A stretch of 64,000 nucleotides of DNA from Felis catus (lineage: Eukaryota): NCBI RefSeq assembly GCF_018350175.1, contig NC_058383.1, positions 25,236,001 to 25,300,000 of the forward strand, read 5' to 3'. The position numbers and the translations under genes are program-made. Of this stretch, positions 1-13,209 are shown piece after piece. The notes beneath the pieces are model-generated. The model saw nothing but the letters and a program-made list of their open reading frames with translations, made no database searches and was not told where the DNA came from. The stretch's first letter is position 1. Every line of letters begins with the position of its first letter.

Positions 1-358
1 TTCCCAGGTGCACTAGTAGAATGGCCATTGGAAAGTCAAACCTCAGTTTTCTCTTTTGCAAAATGGGGAGGGTAAGAGTATCTATCCCATATGGTAGTGT
101 TGTTTTGGGGATATAATATATGCAAATTGCTCAGCAGAGTGCCTTGTCCTTGGTAAGTGCTCAATGAAGTTTAGCTGCTGCTGTTAATGTTCATGCCTTG
201 GTACTGGGGTGGGAAGGAGTAGAAGGACTGACCTTGGCCTTTAATGTGTGGGAGTCCAAGACTGAGATGCTTCTGCTCATTAAACTTGGAAAAAACAAGT
301 CTTGCTCCAGTTTAAGAGGAAACTGCTATGAGATCCACTTAACTGTCTCTGTTTCCAG

Positions 359-492
359 GAGTGGTTGAATCTACTGCCTTGGTCGTTTGGTTGAGAAGAC
401 AAATTAGCCAAAAAGCATTTTTGTTCAATAACACCCAGCAGGTGTTAGATTTTGTGAAATCCAGGCCCTTGGTCATCATTGGCTTCTTCCAG
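359..492 (+). CDS. PDILT: PDILT coding exon ([45 protein letters not shown])
   Basis: tttccag acceptor, CAG/gtactg donor, 134 nt, open frame. Confidence 0.92.
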
Positions 493-1329
493 GTACTGGG
501 GTCAAGAGGTGGGAGGTGACTTTTCACCTGGTAAGGATCCTGTGTCTGAGAAGGGGGGGTGAGGAGAGGTCTTCCACTTGGGTTAATTCCATGCCCATTC
601 TTCCTTTTCCAACAAGCTGTTTTTCCAGGGTTAAAATGAAGAAGGAAAGAATGGAAGGTGAAGTGGTAGGAGATGCTAACCAGAAAGGTAGACAGGAATG
701 CAGAGAGAGGAGAGGAGACTGACATTTATTAAATTGGTTTTGATAGTATAACTGATCTTTTGGAGGCCCATTTAGAACATCACTGAATAATAAATAATTT
801 GCAAATTGTTTTTCCTTGTGCAGAATGAGTTTCTCATATGTCTCTATTCATGTCCTGTAACTCTGACGATTCTTTCCTTCCCCCAGTAGAAGTCAGAACT
901 TTGGCATTATATTTTTACATAGGAAGAGTATGTGCCTCTTTCTGTCTCATTTCACTTTTCAGCCCCAAGTTTCTCATATTTGGTGATCCATGTGGCCAGA
1001 TCAGTCGCCTCTTCTGAAAGCGATTAAGGAATAAATGTTTAAGTCTAAACCTGTGTGTTTAGAACAACCTTATTATAAATAATTGGAAAAAATCAAGTTT
1101 ATCAATTCTCTTCATTAATCTCTGTGGAGTTGTCTATTTTGGGCTTAGTCATAGCCATATAAGTATTCTGAGTATGAAACATCCATGAAAAGGGATTTAG
1201 GGGACCCAGGAAAACCCCAGAACTTGGAAAGGTGAGGAGACAAATTGGTCACCATTTCTACCTTGACCTTAAATAAGCCAGGTATTTTGCTTTCTACCAA
1301 AGCCTTACCCAACATCCTTCCCCAAACAG

Positions 1330-1467
1330 GATTTAGAGGAAGAAGTAGCAGAGTTGTTCTATGATGTGATCAAAGACTTCCCAGAGCTAACGTTTGGAGT
1401 GATATCAATTAGCAATGCCATTGGGCGTTTCCACGTCACCCTTGACAGTCTTCTGGTGTTCAAAAAG
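1330..1467 (+). CDS. PDILT: PDILT coding exon ([23 protein letters not shown]...LLVFKK)
   Basis: aaacag acceptor, AAG/gtaaga donor, 138 nt. Confidence 0.93.
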
Positions 1468-2345
1468 GTAAGATTTTGATTCTATTGCTAGTGAAGTGTC
1501 TCCAGTTCAAAATAGTGTACAATGCATGTATCTATAGGCTTTGGGCACAAATTCTAGTTCTGCCACTTGTGAACTAAGTGGCATTGGACTAGGCAGCTGC
1601 TGTGAGATCACACAGTCTCCTGGAGTCTCTCTGGCCTTTCTAGACATTTTCTATTTTAAGTTCCTCCTCCTCTTCTTGATCAGTAAATGCCATTCATTAA
1701 GGCTCAGTCCTCTACCTAGTGTTTTCTTCTGGTCCATCCTCTCTCACCCAACCTCCAACAGCAAATATTGTTCATACAATCATGACTTACAAATCTCCAT
1801 CTCCACCCAGACTTCTCTATCTCCAGACTTTCATATCCATCACCAACTGTCTCAATATGACCAAGCCTAACACAATCTCCCCTCCAAATCCTCTTACAGT
1901 GTTTTCTCCCCTCTCAATGAATGGTGTCACCATTTCTCCCATGTGAGGAAAGTCAGAATACCCAGGCATTATTCTAAAACCTCCCTCTCCTCCACCCTTC
2001 ACAACCAGTCCATCACTCCAATCCTATTTATTTTAAGTCTAAAATATCCCTTGAATCTATCTATTTAGCTATATTACTACTATCCTAAGTCAAGTGACCA
2101 TGATCTCCTATACCCTAATACAACATCTACCCAACTGGTCTACCACAATCTCTCTTGTACTGTAAAGAACAATCTTTCCAAAACTCCAACTGATGGCCAC
2201 CTGCCTCCTTCCCACTGGAAAGCCTTTTAATGGCTTCCTATTATTCTTGGGATAAAGACTCAAGTCTCCAATAAGACCTACATGGCCTTTCACAGCCTAG
2301 CCTCTATTACACATCTTCCCCTTCTTCCTCTCTGGGATCTAGACC

Positions 2346-2516
2346 TGAGCTGCCCAATATGGCAGATACTTGTCACATATGACTGTTTACATTAAAATTA
2401 GTTAAATTAACATTCTAGTTCCCCAAACTAGCTACATGTGGATAGTGGCTACTGTATTGGACAGCATAGATATACAGAGCATTTCCATCATCACAGAAAG
2501 TTCTATTGAACAGTGT
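2346..2516. mobile_element. MER3-like hAT-Charlie MITE
   Basis: gtggctactgtattggacagc...catttccatcatcacagaaagttctattg resembles the recalled MER3 consensus. Confidence 0.65.
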
Positions 2517-2771
2517 TACTCTAAACACTGTAGTCTGGTTCCTGAAACATGCCTTACTCCCTCCCCACACAAAGCCAAATCCTTACAGTAATCATGTTAT
2601 TTATAGATATGGCTCAGAGTGGTTAGTTTACTTGCCCAAGGCCACATAGGAGGTAGGTGAAGTGATACCCAGATCTGCTTAAGACTGTGAGCCACTACAT
2701 TTTTACTTGGGCTCTTGGAAGTCATTAAAAAGTGTTAAGTCAGAGAATAAAATAACCTGATTTATGTATCT

Positions 2772-3210
2772 GAATGGGACAACATAGAGTCTAAAAATAG
2801 ATCCAAATACATATGGAAATCTAGTATATAATAAAGGTGATATTTTAGATCATTAGGGAAAATATGTTATTCAATGATTAGTGTTGAGAGAATTGGGTAG
2901 CCATTTAGAAAAAAAAAATAAAGCTAAATCTATATATTCTCCTTCCACCAAATTAAATTCCAGATTGATTTCTTATTGATTTAAAAATATAACGATGAAA
3001 CCATGGAAACACTAGAAGATGTCATGGAGGATTTTGCTTCTAAACTTGTAGTGGGAAAGCCCTTTTATGAAGCATTGACAGAAACCCCAAAATCTATGAA
3101 AAGAAATACTGATAAATTTGGACCACATAAAAAAAATATTGACAGTTCCACAGAACAAACCTCATCACAATATCAAAAGCCAAAGAGCAAATTTGAAAAA
3201 TTCAGTTAGG
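2772..3210 (+). mobile_element. Old L1 (L1M) ORF2 3' fragment
   Basis: A-rich, with degenerate L1 ORF2-like motifs (aaatagatccaaatacatatggaaatctagtatataataaaggtg; aaattaaattccagattgat). Confidence 0.65.
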
Positions 3211-4383
3211 ACAAAGTTGGTCTATTTTTATGGTTAAGAGCATGAGTTCTAGAGTCAGACAGCCTGGGGTGGAATCTTGGCTCTACCACTCACTAGCTTA
3301 GCAACCCTGGGCAAGTCACTTCATTTTTCTGTACCTTGATTTCCTCAACTGTACAGTGGAAGAAATAATGATTCACAGCTCAGTGAGATGTTATGAGGAT
3401 TAAAAGTTCTTGCATATGGCATATTTAGAACTGTGTGACCAGTACAATATGAGCTCTTGATAAGTCTGATTAGTATTATCAGACTATTACTACGACCAGA
3501 AAAGGGTTTTGGTTCTGTCCAAAGGACAACAGGGGCTGTGCAGTATTTGAGCAAGAGAATGACATAAGTGCTTTTTAACCACATCACTCTGGCTGAAGGT
3601 AGGGAATGGGTTGGAGGGAAACAAGGGGAGAAATTGGAAGACCATTAGAAGGCTTTTGCAGGAGTCCAGGGAAGGGATTTAGACTAGAGCGTAGGATTGG
3701 TGGACGCAAAGAGAAGGAGATGGAGTGGAGAGAAACCAAGGAAGAGAGCCACCTCTTTGTTCTCCTTCCCCTGCAGACTTTGATCCTGGGCTACGGGGGA
3801 ATTATTTCTTTCTCTATGTTAATTGCAGTCCTTCTGAGAAGCAGTCATCAAACAGGATTAGATATGCAAAAGATTGGGGAAAATGCCTATGAAGGGGAAC
3901 AAAGGGAGCTGATGTGTGGGAGGGGCAGGGAGAACTCATCAGGCCAGGATGTAGGTCTGACCCTTTGGAAGGAAAGAAGGTCCTTGATTGCAGTGGAGTT
4001 CTAAGAAAGTTGGCCAAAGTTGCCTACCAGAGAAGTCCTGCATCTCCCAGAAATGAGCTTGCCTTAGTATCCCTGAAACAGTGCATCAGTTAGGAGCAGT
4101 GTGTAAGATACTGCTCAGCATCAGTACAACTACGTGGATGGATTTCAAAGCACAGCAGCTGGTTACACCCCCTGCTTTGTAGATTGGAGATTTTCACGGC
4201 TGCCACAGACCCATGTTTCACCCACAGGCTGGCCATTCCTATTTATGAAGTAAAGATTATGGATTACACTTGTCATGATGGTATTCTCCTTTTGTCCAAG
4301 GGGAAAATTTTGCTATTTATATTTATTAAGTGTCTATATTACAGAAGCTACTGCCCTCTAATGTTTTTCTCCTTTTGTCCAAG

Positions 4384-4494
4384 GGAAAAATTGTGAACCG
4401 CGAGGAGCTTATTAATGACAGTACCAACAAACAGGTCCTCAATCAAGTCATAAAGCAGCACCTTACAGATTTTGTTATTGAATACAACACCGAG
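4384..4494 (+). CDS. PDILT: PDILT coding exon ([37 protein letters not shown])
   Basis: ttttgtccaag acceptor, GAG/gtcagt donor, 111 nt; within ORF 4330..4554. Confidence 0.92.
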
Positions 4495-4576
4495 GTCAGT
4501 GAGCCAAAAAGTCCCTGGGAGAAGGGCAGCTGGGGCAGCTGTGTGCCTGGATGACCTATGTCCCTGGTAATTTCAG

Positions 4577-4702
4577 AGTAAGGATCTGATTTATGAATTG
4601 CACATCCTGAATCACATGCTGCTCTTCGCCTCTAAAAGATCCGAGTCATTTGGTATGATAATGCAGCATTACAAGTTGGCATCGAAGGAATTTACAAACA
4701 AG
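4577..4702 (+). CDS. PDILT: PDILT coding exon ([42 protein letters not shown])
   Basis: tttcag acceptor after an 82-nt intron, AAG/gtttgt donor, 126 nt. Confidence 0.92.
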
Positions 4703-5805
4703 GTTTGTGGAAAGTGGTATTGCCCTTGTTGAATGGGGATCCAGAACCTGTAGACCCTAATGCTATTTGCCTGCCAGGCTGATTATAAATTAAGCCAGGG
4801 AGAACTTGCATATTCATTTCCATACCAGCTTCCTTATTGGCATATTGATACTACATATTATTTACTACTTAATTTTAAACCAGCCTCCTCCCTTCTTCCT
4901 GTCCAGGGTCTCTTCCTTTCTTGCTATACCTATGCTTCTTCTTCCCTCATCTTTTTGAGAAGCCTACCATGGGAATGTGAGGTTTGGTTGCTTTTTGATG
5001 GACTATGCTCCAGCAAGGGTGAGTGGTTGCACTGTGGGTGGTTTTTGGCCTACAGGTGAGGAGGAGGAGAGACCACCCCTGCCTGAGGTCAGGGAATAGG
5101 AACAGCCTGAAGGGGTGAAGCAGAAAGCCTTAAACTTTACACAACTTTTCTTCCTCTTACAAGGGATTTTTGTCACTGAGTTTCTAAGCCTCTCAGTTTC
5201 AATCACCTCATGTAAAATGGAGAACTGTGTGTAAGAATTAGAAGCATCGTATGTAGAGCAATGAGCAATGTACAGTGAACACTGCTATCATCATTGCTAT
5301 CATCATCATTAGAAACAAATTTGTTTTTCTTAAGACCTATACCTGTATTTATGTAGTTACCACCATCTGGACTATGGAGGCAATTAGTTTCTTTTTTTCT
5401 CTTTATTTTTTTATAAGAAGTATGGTAATGGCAGGCTTTTTTTCCTTTTCAAGAAAATTACTCTAAAATTCAAGTGAAACAATTAAAAGCTTAAACCCCA
5501 AAATAAATACAAGTAAAGCCACTAGGGCATGAACATATTTAATGTTTGTGCTACATCCCACCATATTCTCCAGGAAGTTTGTTCCAATTACAGAAATATC
5601 TCTGGTTAATATTTTTCCTGCTTTATTCAATTTTAAAATATAGATTTTTGATGTAATTCAATTGATCACAATCTGATTGCTTCCCTCTATTTCTCTTATG
5701 TTATGATAGTCAGTACTTAGCCATATTTCTTCCAGATTATTTTTTTAAATTTAGCTCTTTAATCTGGGTGGAGTTTATTTTGGCATATATTGTTAGACAA
5801 GGTTC

Positions 5806-6025
5806 TTTTTTTTTTTAATGTTTATTTATTTTTGAGAAAGACAGAGAGGTAGAGTGCATGAGCAGGGGAGGGGCAGAGAGAGAGAGGGAGAGAGAAAATC
5901 CCAAGCAGGCTCTATGCTGTCAGCTCAGAGACCCACCTGGGGTTCCATCTCATTGTGAGTTCATAACCTGAGCCGAAATCAAGACTTAGACGCTTAACCA
6001 GTTGACTGAGTCACCCAGGTGCCCC
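5806..6025 (-). mobile_element. CAN-SINE
   Basis: Poly-T, (GA)n, ending cacccaggtgcccc; TSD agac/taaggttct. Confidence 0.9.
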
Positions 6026-7436
6026 TGAGATAAGGTTCTAAATGCCCTTTACCCCAACTATCTAGGTTCCTGAATGCCATTTATTGACTGTGATCCATTT
6101 TAGAGCCAAAGACAATGGATGAATACTATTCAGACAGGTCATACCCCCGTATCTTATCCTGTTCACATCTAGCCAATATTTGTTGAAAGTATACAAAGGA
6201 TGGTTCTAATACGTTGCTCTGTTTTCACAGTCTCCCCAGCACCCGGAAGAGTGTCAGGCACATAACAGGGCCCTTAATATTTTGATAGATGAATGACCTG
6301 AGGGTATCAGTGTTTGCTGTGGCCTCCCCACTTCCAATCTTACTGCTTCTCTGCAACCAGAGTCATTTTTCACAAATTATTGTAGCACTCTCTGGCTTAT
6401 TATTCTTCAGTGGCCCTCTATCTTATTCAGATAAAACTCAACCTCCTTATTAGAGCTCTGATCTCATTTCTGACATGTCTCTAACCTTGTCCCCCGTGAC
6501 TCTGTCCCTCATGATGCTGAAGCCACACCGGCCTTTCCTTTCTATTCAAGAACACTTTATGTTCCCTGACCCCAGGCTTTTGCATTAACAATTTCCACTG
6601 CCTGGTTCAGTGTTGTCCTGACTTGTTAACTCATCACCCATGTCCCTGCTAAGATGTCACCTCCTCAGATACTCCTCCTGACCTTCCTACCTAGCACTGA
6701 GCTCTGACCTGACTTCACCTATATGGTCATGCTCTATCACAGTGCCCTTTTTACTGTCTAACTGGCACTCATTGCTATATGAATTTATTAATTTATTCAC
6801 TCCTTTGTTGTCTGTTTTTTCCACTAGAACATAAACTCCATGAGGGCAGATCTTATGTCCCCAGTAGGTAGCAAAATGCCTAGTAGGCACTCCACTAATA
6901 TTTGTTTAATGATGAGTAAATGAAGTCATGAATTCCCTTGACAGAATAATAATTTAGAACAAAAAAAGCTGACATATGAGCATTTTCTACCTCCCAGTTA
7001 CTGAACTAAGCCATTGTCCTGTTTAATTCTCTCAACAACCCTATAAGGTGGGTACTCTTATAATCTCTACAAGATAAGGGAATAGAAGCACAGAGAGGGT
7101 CAGCTATGGTTTTGCCCAAGGACCTGGATGAAAGTCCAGGACCTCCTGACTTCCTGTGGTTGCGTGGATGGTACCCTGCACAAGGATGGTGAAACCAGGC
7201 AGACAGACAACATCGGCCTGTGCCCTGGGGCACAGGGCTGCCCTGCCTGATGGAAAGGGGCCCTGTTCTATCTTTCAGAGGCACTCCATAGACCCTGCTA
7301 TTTGCATTCCGTTAGTGATCTCCCATGGCTTCTGGAGTTTCTTTCCCTCAGTAAGGGATTCCTTAGCCAGTTTTAATCTTTAACCTTCTCATGGCCTCCA
7401 ATCCTAGAGGGACACAGGTTTTATTTGATTTGGCAG

Positions 7437-7634
7437 ATCCTTTTCATCATTGTGGATGCAGATGAACCCAGAAATGGACATATATTCAAATACTTCAGGA
7501 TTACAGAGGTTAATATCCCATGTGTCCAAATCCTAAACTTAAGCTCTGACGCGAGGTACAAAATGCCTTCTGAGGAGATAACCTACGAAAATCTCAAGAA
7601 ATTTGGCCGCAGCTTTCTGAATAGAAGTGCCAAG
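7437..7634 (+). CDS. PDILT: PDILT coding exon ([20 protein letters not shown]...FLNRSAK)
   Basis: tggcag acceptor, AAG/gtaagt donor, 198 nt; within ORF 7425..7706. Confidence 0.94.
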
Positions 7635-8157
7635 GTAAGTTTGTTGTTGGACAAACTTTACCCTGAACCTCAAAATTTCATAATTTTGCTGGCTTTGGTC
7701 ATCTGAACAGGGAGGCAGAATAAAGGTCAATCTCATGGTTCAAAATGGGGAAATACCCTTATCTCTCCACCTCCAAACTTTTCAACTTTTGACTTGTCCT
7801 GACACTATGAGTCCACCATTAATTCTTTATTCTGAAAGGCATTTCCTTTGCAGATACTCTCAACTGAAATGCAGGAGCTCCCAGGGCCAACATCCTATGA
7901 AAGGAGACACTTTTCCTCCTTTTGGACTCTCCTGTGAAAGATTTAAGGATAGATGGATTTTGGGGGAGAGGGGGTGGGGATATATTAAGCCATCAGGATT
8001 TAGCCCTAAAGGTTTTAGGGACCTCTTGTCTGGGAGGTTAGAAATGAGCCTGTTTTGCTATAAAAGGAAGGAGAAGGTGCAGAAGGATCATACATAACAC
8101 AACATCTCCTGCTGTTTATGTAGCACCTGTGAAGTCCTTCAGCCACCCTGCTGCATT

Positions 8158-8291
8158 AGGTGACCATATTTTTTATTTACCAAATGGAAACACTTTTGAG
8201 AATAATGGGGGTTGGGGGCATGCAATCTTTAAAAGTATTCTGAAACAGAATAAATTGGAACTTTCCAGGCAAACCAGAATATTTGGTCCCT
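8158..8291. mobile_element. hAT-Blackjack-type MITE (MER94-like)
   Basis: Imperfect terminal inverted repeats agggtgaccata ... tttggtccct. Confidence 0.45.
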
Positions 8292-10698
8292 TTCCCTCTG
8301 AGGGTTCCCATTACCTTCTGTCCATTCCCACACAGACACTCCTTCTCAAGTGAAAGCTGTTTTTTTTTTTTTTTCTCCTATGCACATCATCATCACAGGC
8401 CAAGTAGTGAGGCTGGTGTCCTCCATGACATTTCCTCCTACCTTCAAAATGCCAGACCCCACACATTTGGGCTTTTAGATCACCTGCTCCTACCTTCCAT
8501 TGCTGTCCTCTGATCATGTCCCTTTCACTCTCTGAGGACTTAAGCTCATTGCAGACTTGCTTTCCATCCCTTCTCTGCCATCACCTCCAGAAATGTCAGT
8601 ATGCAAAACCCTGGTCTCACTCTTCTCTAGTCACTGTTTGCCATTCCAGCCACCTGCTCTTGTGGCCACACTTTAGAGAAGGCATCCCCTCTGAAAACCT
8701 GATTTCAAGCTTCCCATCCCTTTAGTTCCTTTTTCTAGTATCCATATTGTTGTAAATCCTTACCCTTCTCATGGCTTCCAGTCTCCTGATCCCATGTCAC
8801 AATCTCTCTACTGCCTTCATGAACTTGGATTCCATAGTTCATCGCTCTGGTGATGATTCCCTTAATTCCTTTATCCCTTTATTTCTTTATCTATCTTCTA
8901 CTTCTGTACACCCTGTAGAATTTACAAGGCAAAATCACAACCCTGGTTGAACCCACTTCATGTCCCTACTGCTTCCAGGCCAATGCTAGAGAAACAGAAC
9001 ACCACCCTGAGGCAGGCTGGTTTCACTGAATCACAAACCTCCTGTGGGCTCTTTGAAATGTCTTGACATATCTATAGAAATTTCTCTTAGTGTGTTCATT
9101 TTCTTCATCTCTGAGTCTCTTTGTCCTCATATCCCCTTCCTTCTTCCAGTTTCAGCTGAGCACGAGACCATGTATCATTAAGACAAGGGCCCCTCATTTT
9201 CTGTCAACATATCTACAAACCTACCTGCAGCACTACCCATTCTCTCTCTCTTCCCTCCAGTTGAACCTCAGGAGGTGTCTGTCTCCTTGTCAAGGGCCAA
9301 TACATCCACCAAACTCTTGCAATAGAGATGAGCATGCTTCACATGACATATGAGATGTCACATGCCTGGTCTGGCCCATTTCTAATTTCCATCTTTTTCA
9401 CCATTTCCCACCTCCCATGTCCAGCCCCCACCCTCTTTATGCTTCCTCAGAAAGAATCTTCAAGTCCCTTCCAGAGGCTGGGGTCGGGACGAGGGAAGTA
9501 TTGTAGGAGCTGGCAAACTGGGTAAAGGCCAGACAGCTATGCATATTACGGACTTGGTGTCCTGAGAACAATAGAAAGGAAAATTTGCATGGTGAAAATA
9601 AAACCCCACTGGTAGAATAAAGGTGTGGAGAAGATTAGGAGATGCAGAGAGAACTCTGTGGGGCTATTGCAGTGATCTAGGTGAGAGATGAAGGCTACCT
9701 GGGTTGGGGAGCAGCAGTGCAGATGGAGAGAAGGGTGTGGATTCAAGAGACTGCAGGAAGCTGTGGTTGTAGAGAAAAATATATGTTGTGAGATTTATAC
9801 CACTTCCTTCAAAAAGAAGCAGAGCTAGGTTCATTCTTTCATGCATTCTCTCACAGAATATTTACTGAGGTCCTACGATGTATCAGGCTGTGCATACTCA
9901 GTGATGAAGACAGAAAAATCCCTTGTGACATTCTGTCCAGTGTAGTAGAGACACATGAATCAAATAACCAGAAAAGAAAATAATGAGAAAAATAAGATAT
10001 AAATGATAAACTTGAATAAGTGATACAAGGAAAAATACCAAATGTTATGAAAACTTACGGTAGCAGGATCTGACCTAGTTTGGGGAGAGTGAGGGAAGCC
10101 CTCCCTAGAGATCATTTTGAAGGGTAAATCTGAGTTAACTGGATAAAGAAAGAAGAGCAAGAATGGGGAGTGGGGAAGGCCCTCCAGACACAGGAATGGC
10201 ATCAACAAAGGCCTGAGGTGGAAGAAAGCTAGCCCTTTGGTTAAACAGAAGACCAGTATGGTTGAAGAAAGCAAAGAAAGAATGGTAATGAGCTTGGTGA
10301 GGCTAATGGGAGCCAAAGGGTGATAAAGGTTTAACAGGTCATGTAAATTATCTTGGTTTTGATTCAGGAAGTAATTGGGAACAGATAACCTTTAGGGGGG
10401 AGGTCAGGACAAACTAGTTAAGATGTTAAAGACATGAACCCAACTCTCATCTGAGAACCTCACAAATTACATATTTGGAAGGCTAGAATTCATTCCAGCT
10501 TGAAGCCCTACCTCTTCCTTAGCCCTCTGATCTCAACTGGCCCTGAACAATTCAGGCTGAACATGAGCATTTCAAACTCTTTCCCAAGGCTCTTGTTAAG
10601 AACAAGAGAAAACTTCCCATTGTTTCCCATTGGGGCAGGGAGCCCCAACTGCCAACCCTTTTCTGGCAACTGTCAGATCTCTCAAATTTGCTTCCTAG

Positions 10699-10819
10699 AA
10701 ACATCAATCCAGTGAAGAGATTCCAAAATATTGGGACCAGGGGCCAGTTAAGCAACTCGTTGGGAAGAACTTCAATGTGGTGGTCTTTGACAAGGAAAGG
10801 GATGTATTTGTGATGTTCT
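10699..10819 (+). CDS. PDILT: PDILT coding exon ([40 protein letters not shown])
   Basis: cttcctag acceptor, T/gtaagt donor, 121 nt; typical start of a PDI a' domain. Confidence 0.94.
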
Positions 10820-12628
10820 GTAAGTATCTCTGCAGAGGCCATAGAAAGCAGTGGCCCAGACATTACTTTTTCAAGTGTTGCTCCTGAATTCTTGGGCCCC
10901 CAAAACTCAAAAATCTATCAAAACACTATGTGAAGGATGGTTTTCTAACATCCAAAGAGTTTGGATTAAGATGCTATCACCCACAGTGCAACTCTTCCTG
11001 AAAATCTAATTATTGGAACATGTGAAATACCGTCCATATAATTCAGGTCTATGGCTTTTACAACAATAATAATGCTGATGGCTAACACTGATTCAATGCT
11101 ATGGTATACCAGGCCTTCTGCTGAGCCATTCTATACTTTATCTCATTTAATCCTCACGACACACTTTTGAAAGTAGCTACTACTATTGCTCTCACTTTGC
11201 ATATGACTAAACAGAGTCTCAGGTGGGTGAAGAAACTTCTCCAAAGTCAGGCAGTGACTAAGTACTGAGAATAGGGATTGGAGCCTAGGCAGCCTGACCT
11301 CAGTGCCTTGGCTGGTAACTGCTGTACAGAAGAGCAGTTCTGACTTTAAGTAACTTATCAAATGGCCTGTATTTAACCTACCTGAGTTGGTGTGGCCAAA
11401 CTGGAGACTCAAATCCTGTAGGAAGAGAGCTTAGCAGTGTGTGGCATATTGCAAGCACTTGATAAATAACAGCTATTATTGCTGCTGCTATTGTTGTTGT
11501 AATTATTTCCAGTGCTTGCCTAAGGACTATTGCCCTTTCTCTACTCTTTCTGATTTGCATGTGAGAGTCCAAACTGGGGACTTCACTCCTACTCTAAGAT
11601 ACAGAGAAGGGTGATAATGAAGTTACTTCTGACATCTCTCTTATTTACTATTTACTGAGAACTTACAATGAGCCCGACATGAGTTGGCTGTTCACACACC
11701 TGCTCTTTTTTCCTCCTCAAAACAAGCCTCTTAGGAAGGTCCAGTGGATTTCTCCATGATACAAATCAGGGAATTTAGTCTCAGAAAGACTAATTACCTT
11801 ACCCTAGGTCACACAGTAAATTCACTGCAAGGCAAAAAATTCAAATCAAGCTCTGATGCCATTACTTCCTGAGGGCTGGAATGCAATGTGCAGACCTTTA
11901 AAAATCTCACTGAAATGGACTCTCATCCACAGGGTGAGGTGTTTAAGGTCTGCGTGGTTGAATAACCATGATCTGTTCCCTTTACGTGAGAGGGTGGGCG
12001 GCTTTTCTATACTTACCTGACACTGGAGTTATGAGAACGCTCATTTGGCTCTGGTAAAAGGCAAGAGCAGCCTCATTTTCTTGGAAGCAGGCCTCTCAGA
12101 TTGGCCCCCTGGGACTGTGACCATTATGCCCCCTCCTGTTCCAACCCAGGGCCCATTGGGCTCCAGGGGAGCTGCAGGGAGAGCAGATGGTCATGGAGGC
12201 ACTTGGTTTGTAAATGGAGGGATGATCATCCAAATGTAGAGTGTCAGGGCCCTGAAAGCCACCCCTCCCACAGAGCCAGAAACTTTAATGCGACCACAAA
12301 GAGCAGGGAAGGTTCAGTTTCTTTTCATGCTGGAGCTGGTCCATGATTCTCTCCAGAGGGCTAGGTGCTTGGGCCAGACTCAAAGCTTAAAGGAACTGTC
12401 CCTAAGGAAGTCCCCTTTCCAGGGGTCATTGTACTTGTTACAACTTCCTATTCAACCTCTTAGGTGCATTCTCTACCATGGGACTAAAAGGCAGTGTACT
12501 ATAATAGTCACAAGTCAAAGAAGCCTGACTTCAAATCCCACTTTCTGCTTAATTACCTGGGTGACCTTGGACTGTGAGCTTAACTTCTGTTGGAAAACTC
12601 TTGTGCTCTCTCACTCTCTCTCTCTCAT

Positions 12629-12631
<3 letters not shown>

Positions 12632-12676
<45 letters not shown>
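12632..12676. repeat. (CA)n microsatellite
   Basis: About 22 CA units, preceded by (CT)n. Confidence 0.95.
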
Positions 12677-12678
<2 letters not shown>

Positions 12679-13030
12679 TTTCTGGTAGAACATGAGGAAT
12701 CATCTAGCATAAATATTTTTCTTGTTTTTTTTTTCTCTTCAACTGGAGTGGAAATCTATGTCAAAGGAGAAACAAAGAATAGAAGAAAATGTTCCAGCAT
12801 GCTTAAAGTGTTAGTGTCTGGGTGGAAGGGGACTATATCAGTTTTTTTGTAATTTATTTAATAATGACCAGGTGCTGTGATTGAAATGTAAAATAATGTA
12901 ATACGGTGTTAAAGAGTGCAATTTGCAAAGCAACAGAACCATTAGTAAAATATGGTGATGGTGTTTATGGGGGTAGTATTGACTTTCAGTTTTATTAGTG
13001 TGAACTTGAGCAATGGCCCTTCTCTTTCAG

Positions 13031-13209
13031 ATGCACCCTGGTCAGAAAAGTGTAAGGAACTCTTCCCAGTGTTGCAGGAGTTGGGCAGAAAGTATCAAAA
13101 CCACTCAACAGTCACCATTGCCAAGATTGACATTATGGCAAATGACATTCAGCTGATGTACTTGGACCGGTACCCCTTCTTCAGGCTCTTCCCCACCGAC
13201 TCTCAACAA
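13031..13209 (+). CDS. PDILT: PDILT coding exon carrying the SXXC motif ([13 protein letters not shown]...DSQQ)
   Basis: ctttcag acceptor, CAA/gtgagg donor, 179 nt; within ORF 12952..13422. Confidence 0.94.

Noticed and set aside
13037..13056. Non-canonical SXXC active site as a novelty
   Set aside because: SXXC is a known feature of PDILT, a redox-inactive chaperone.
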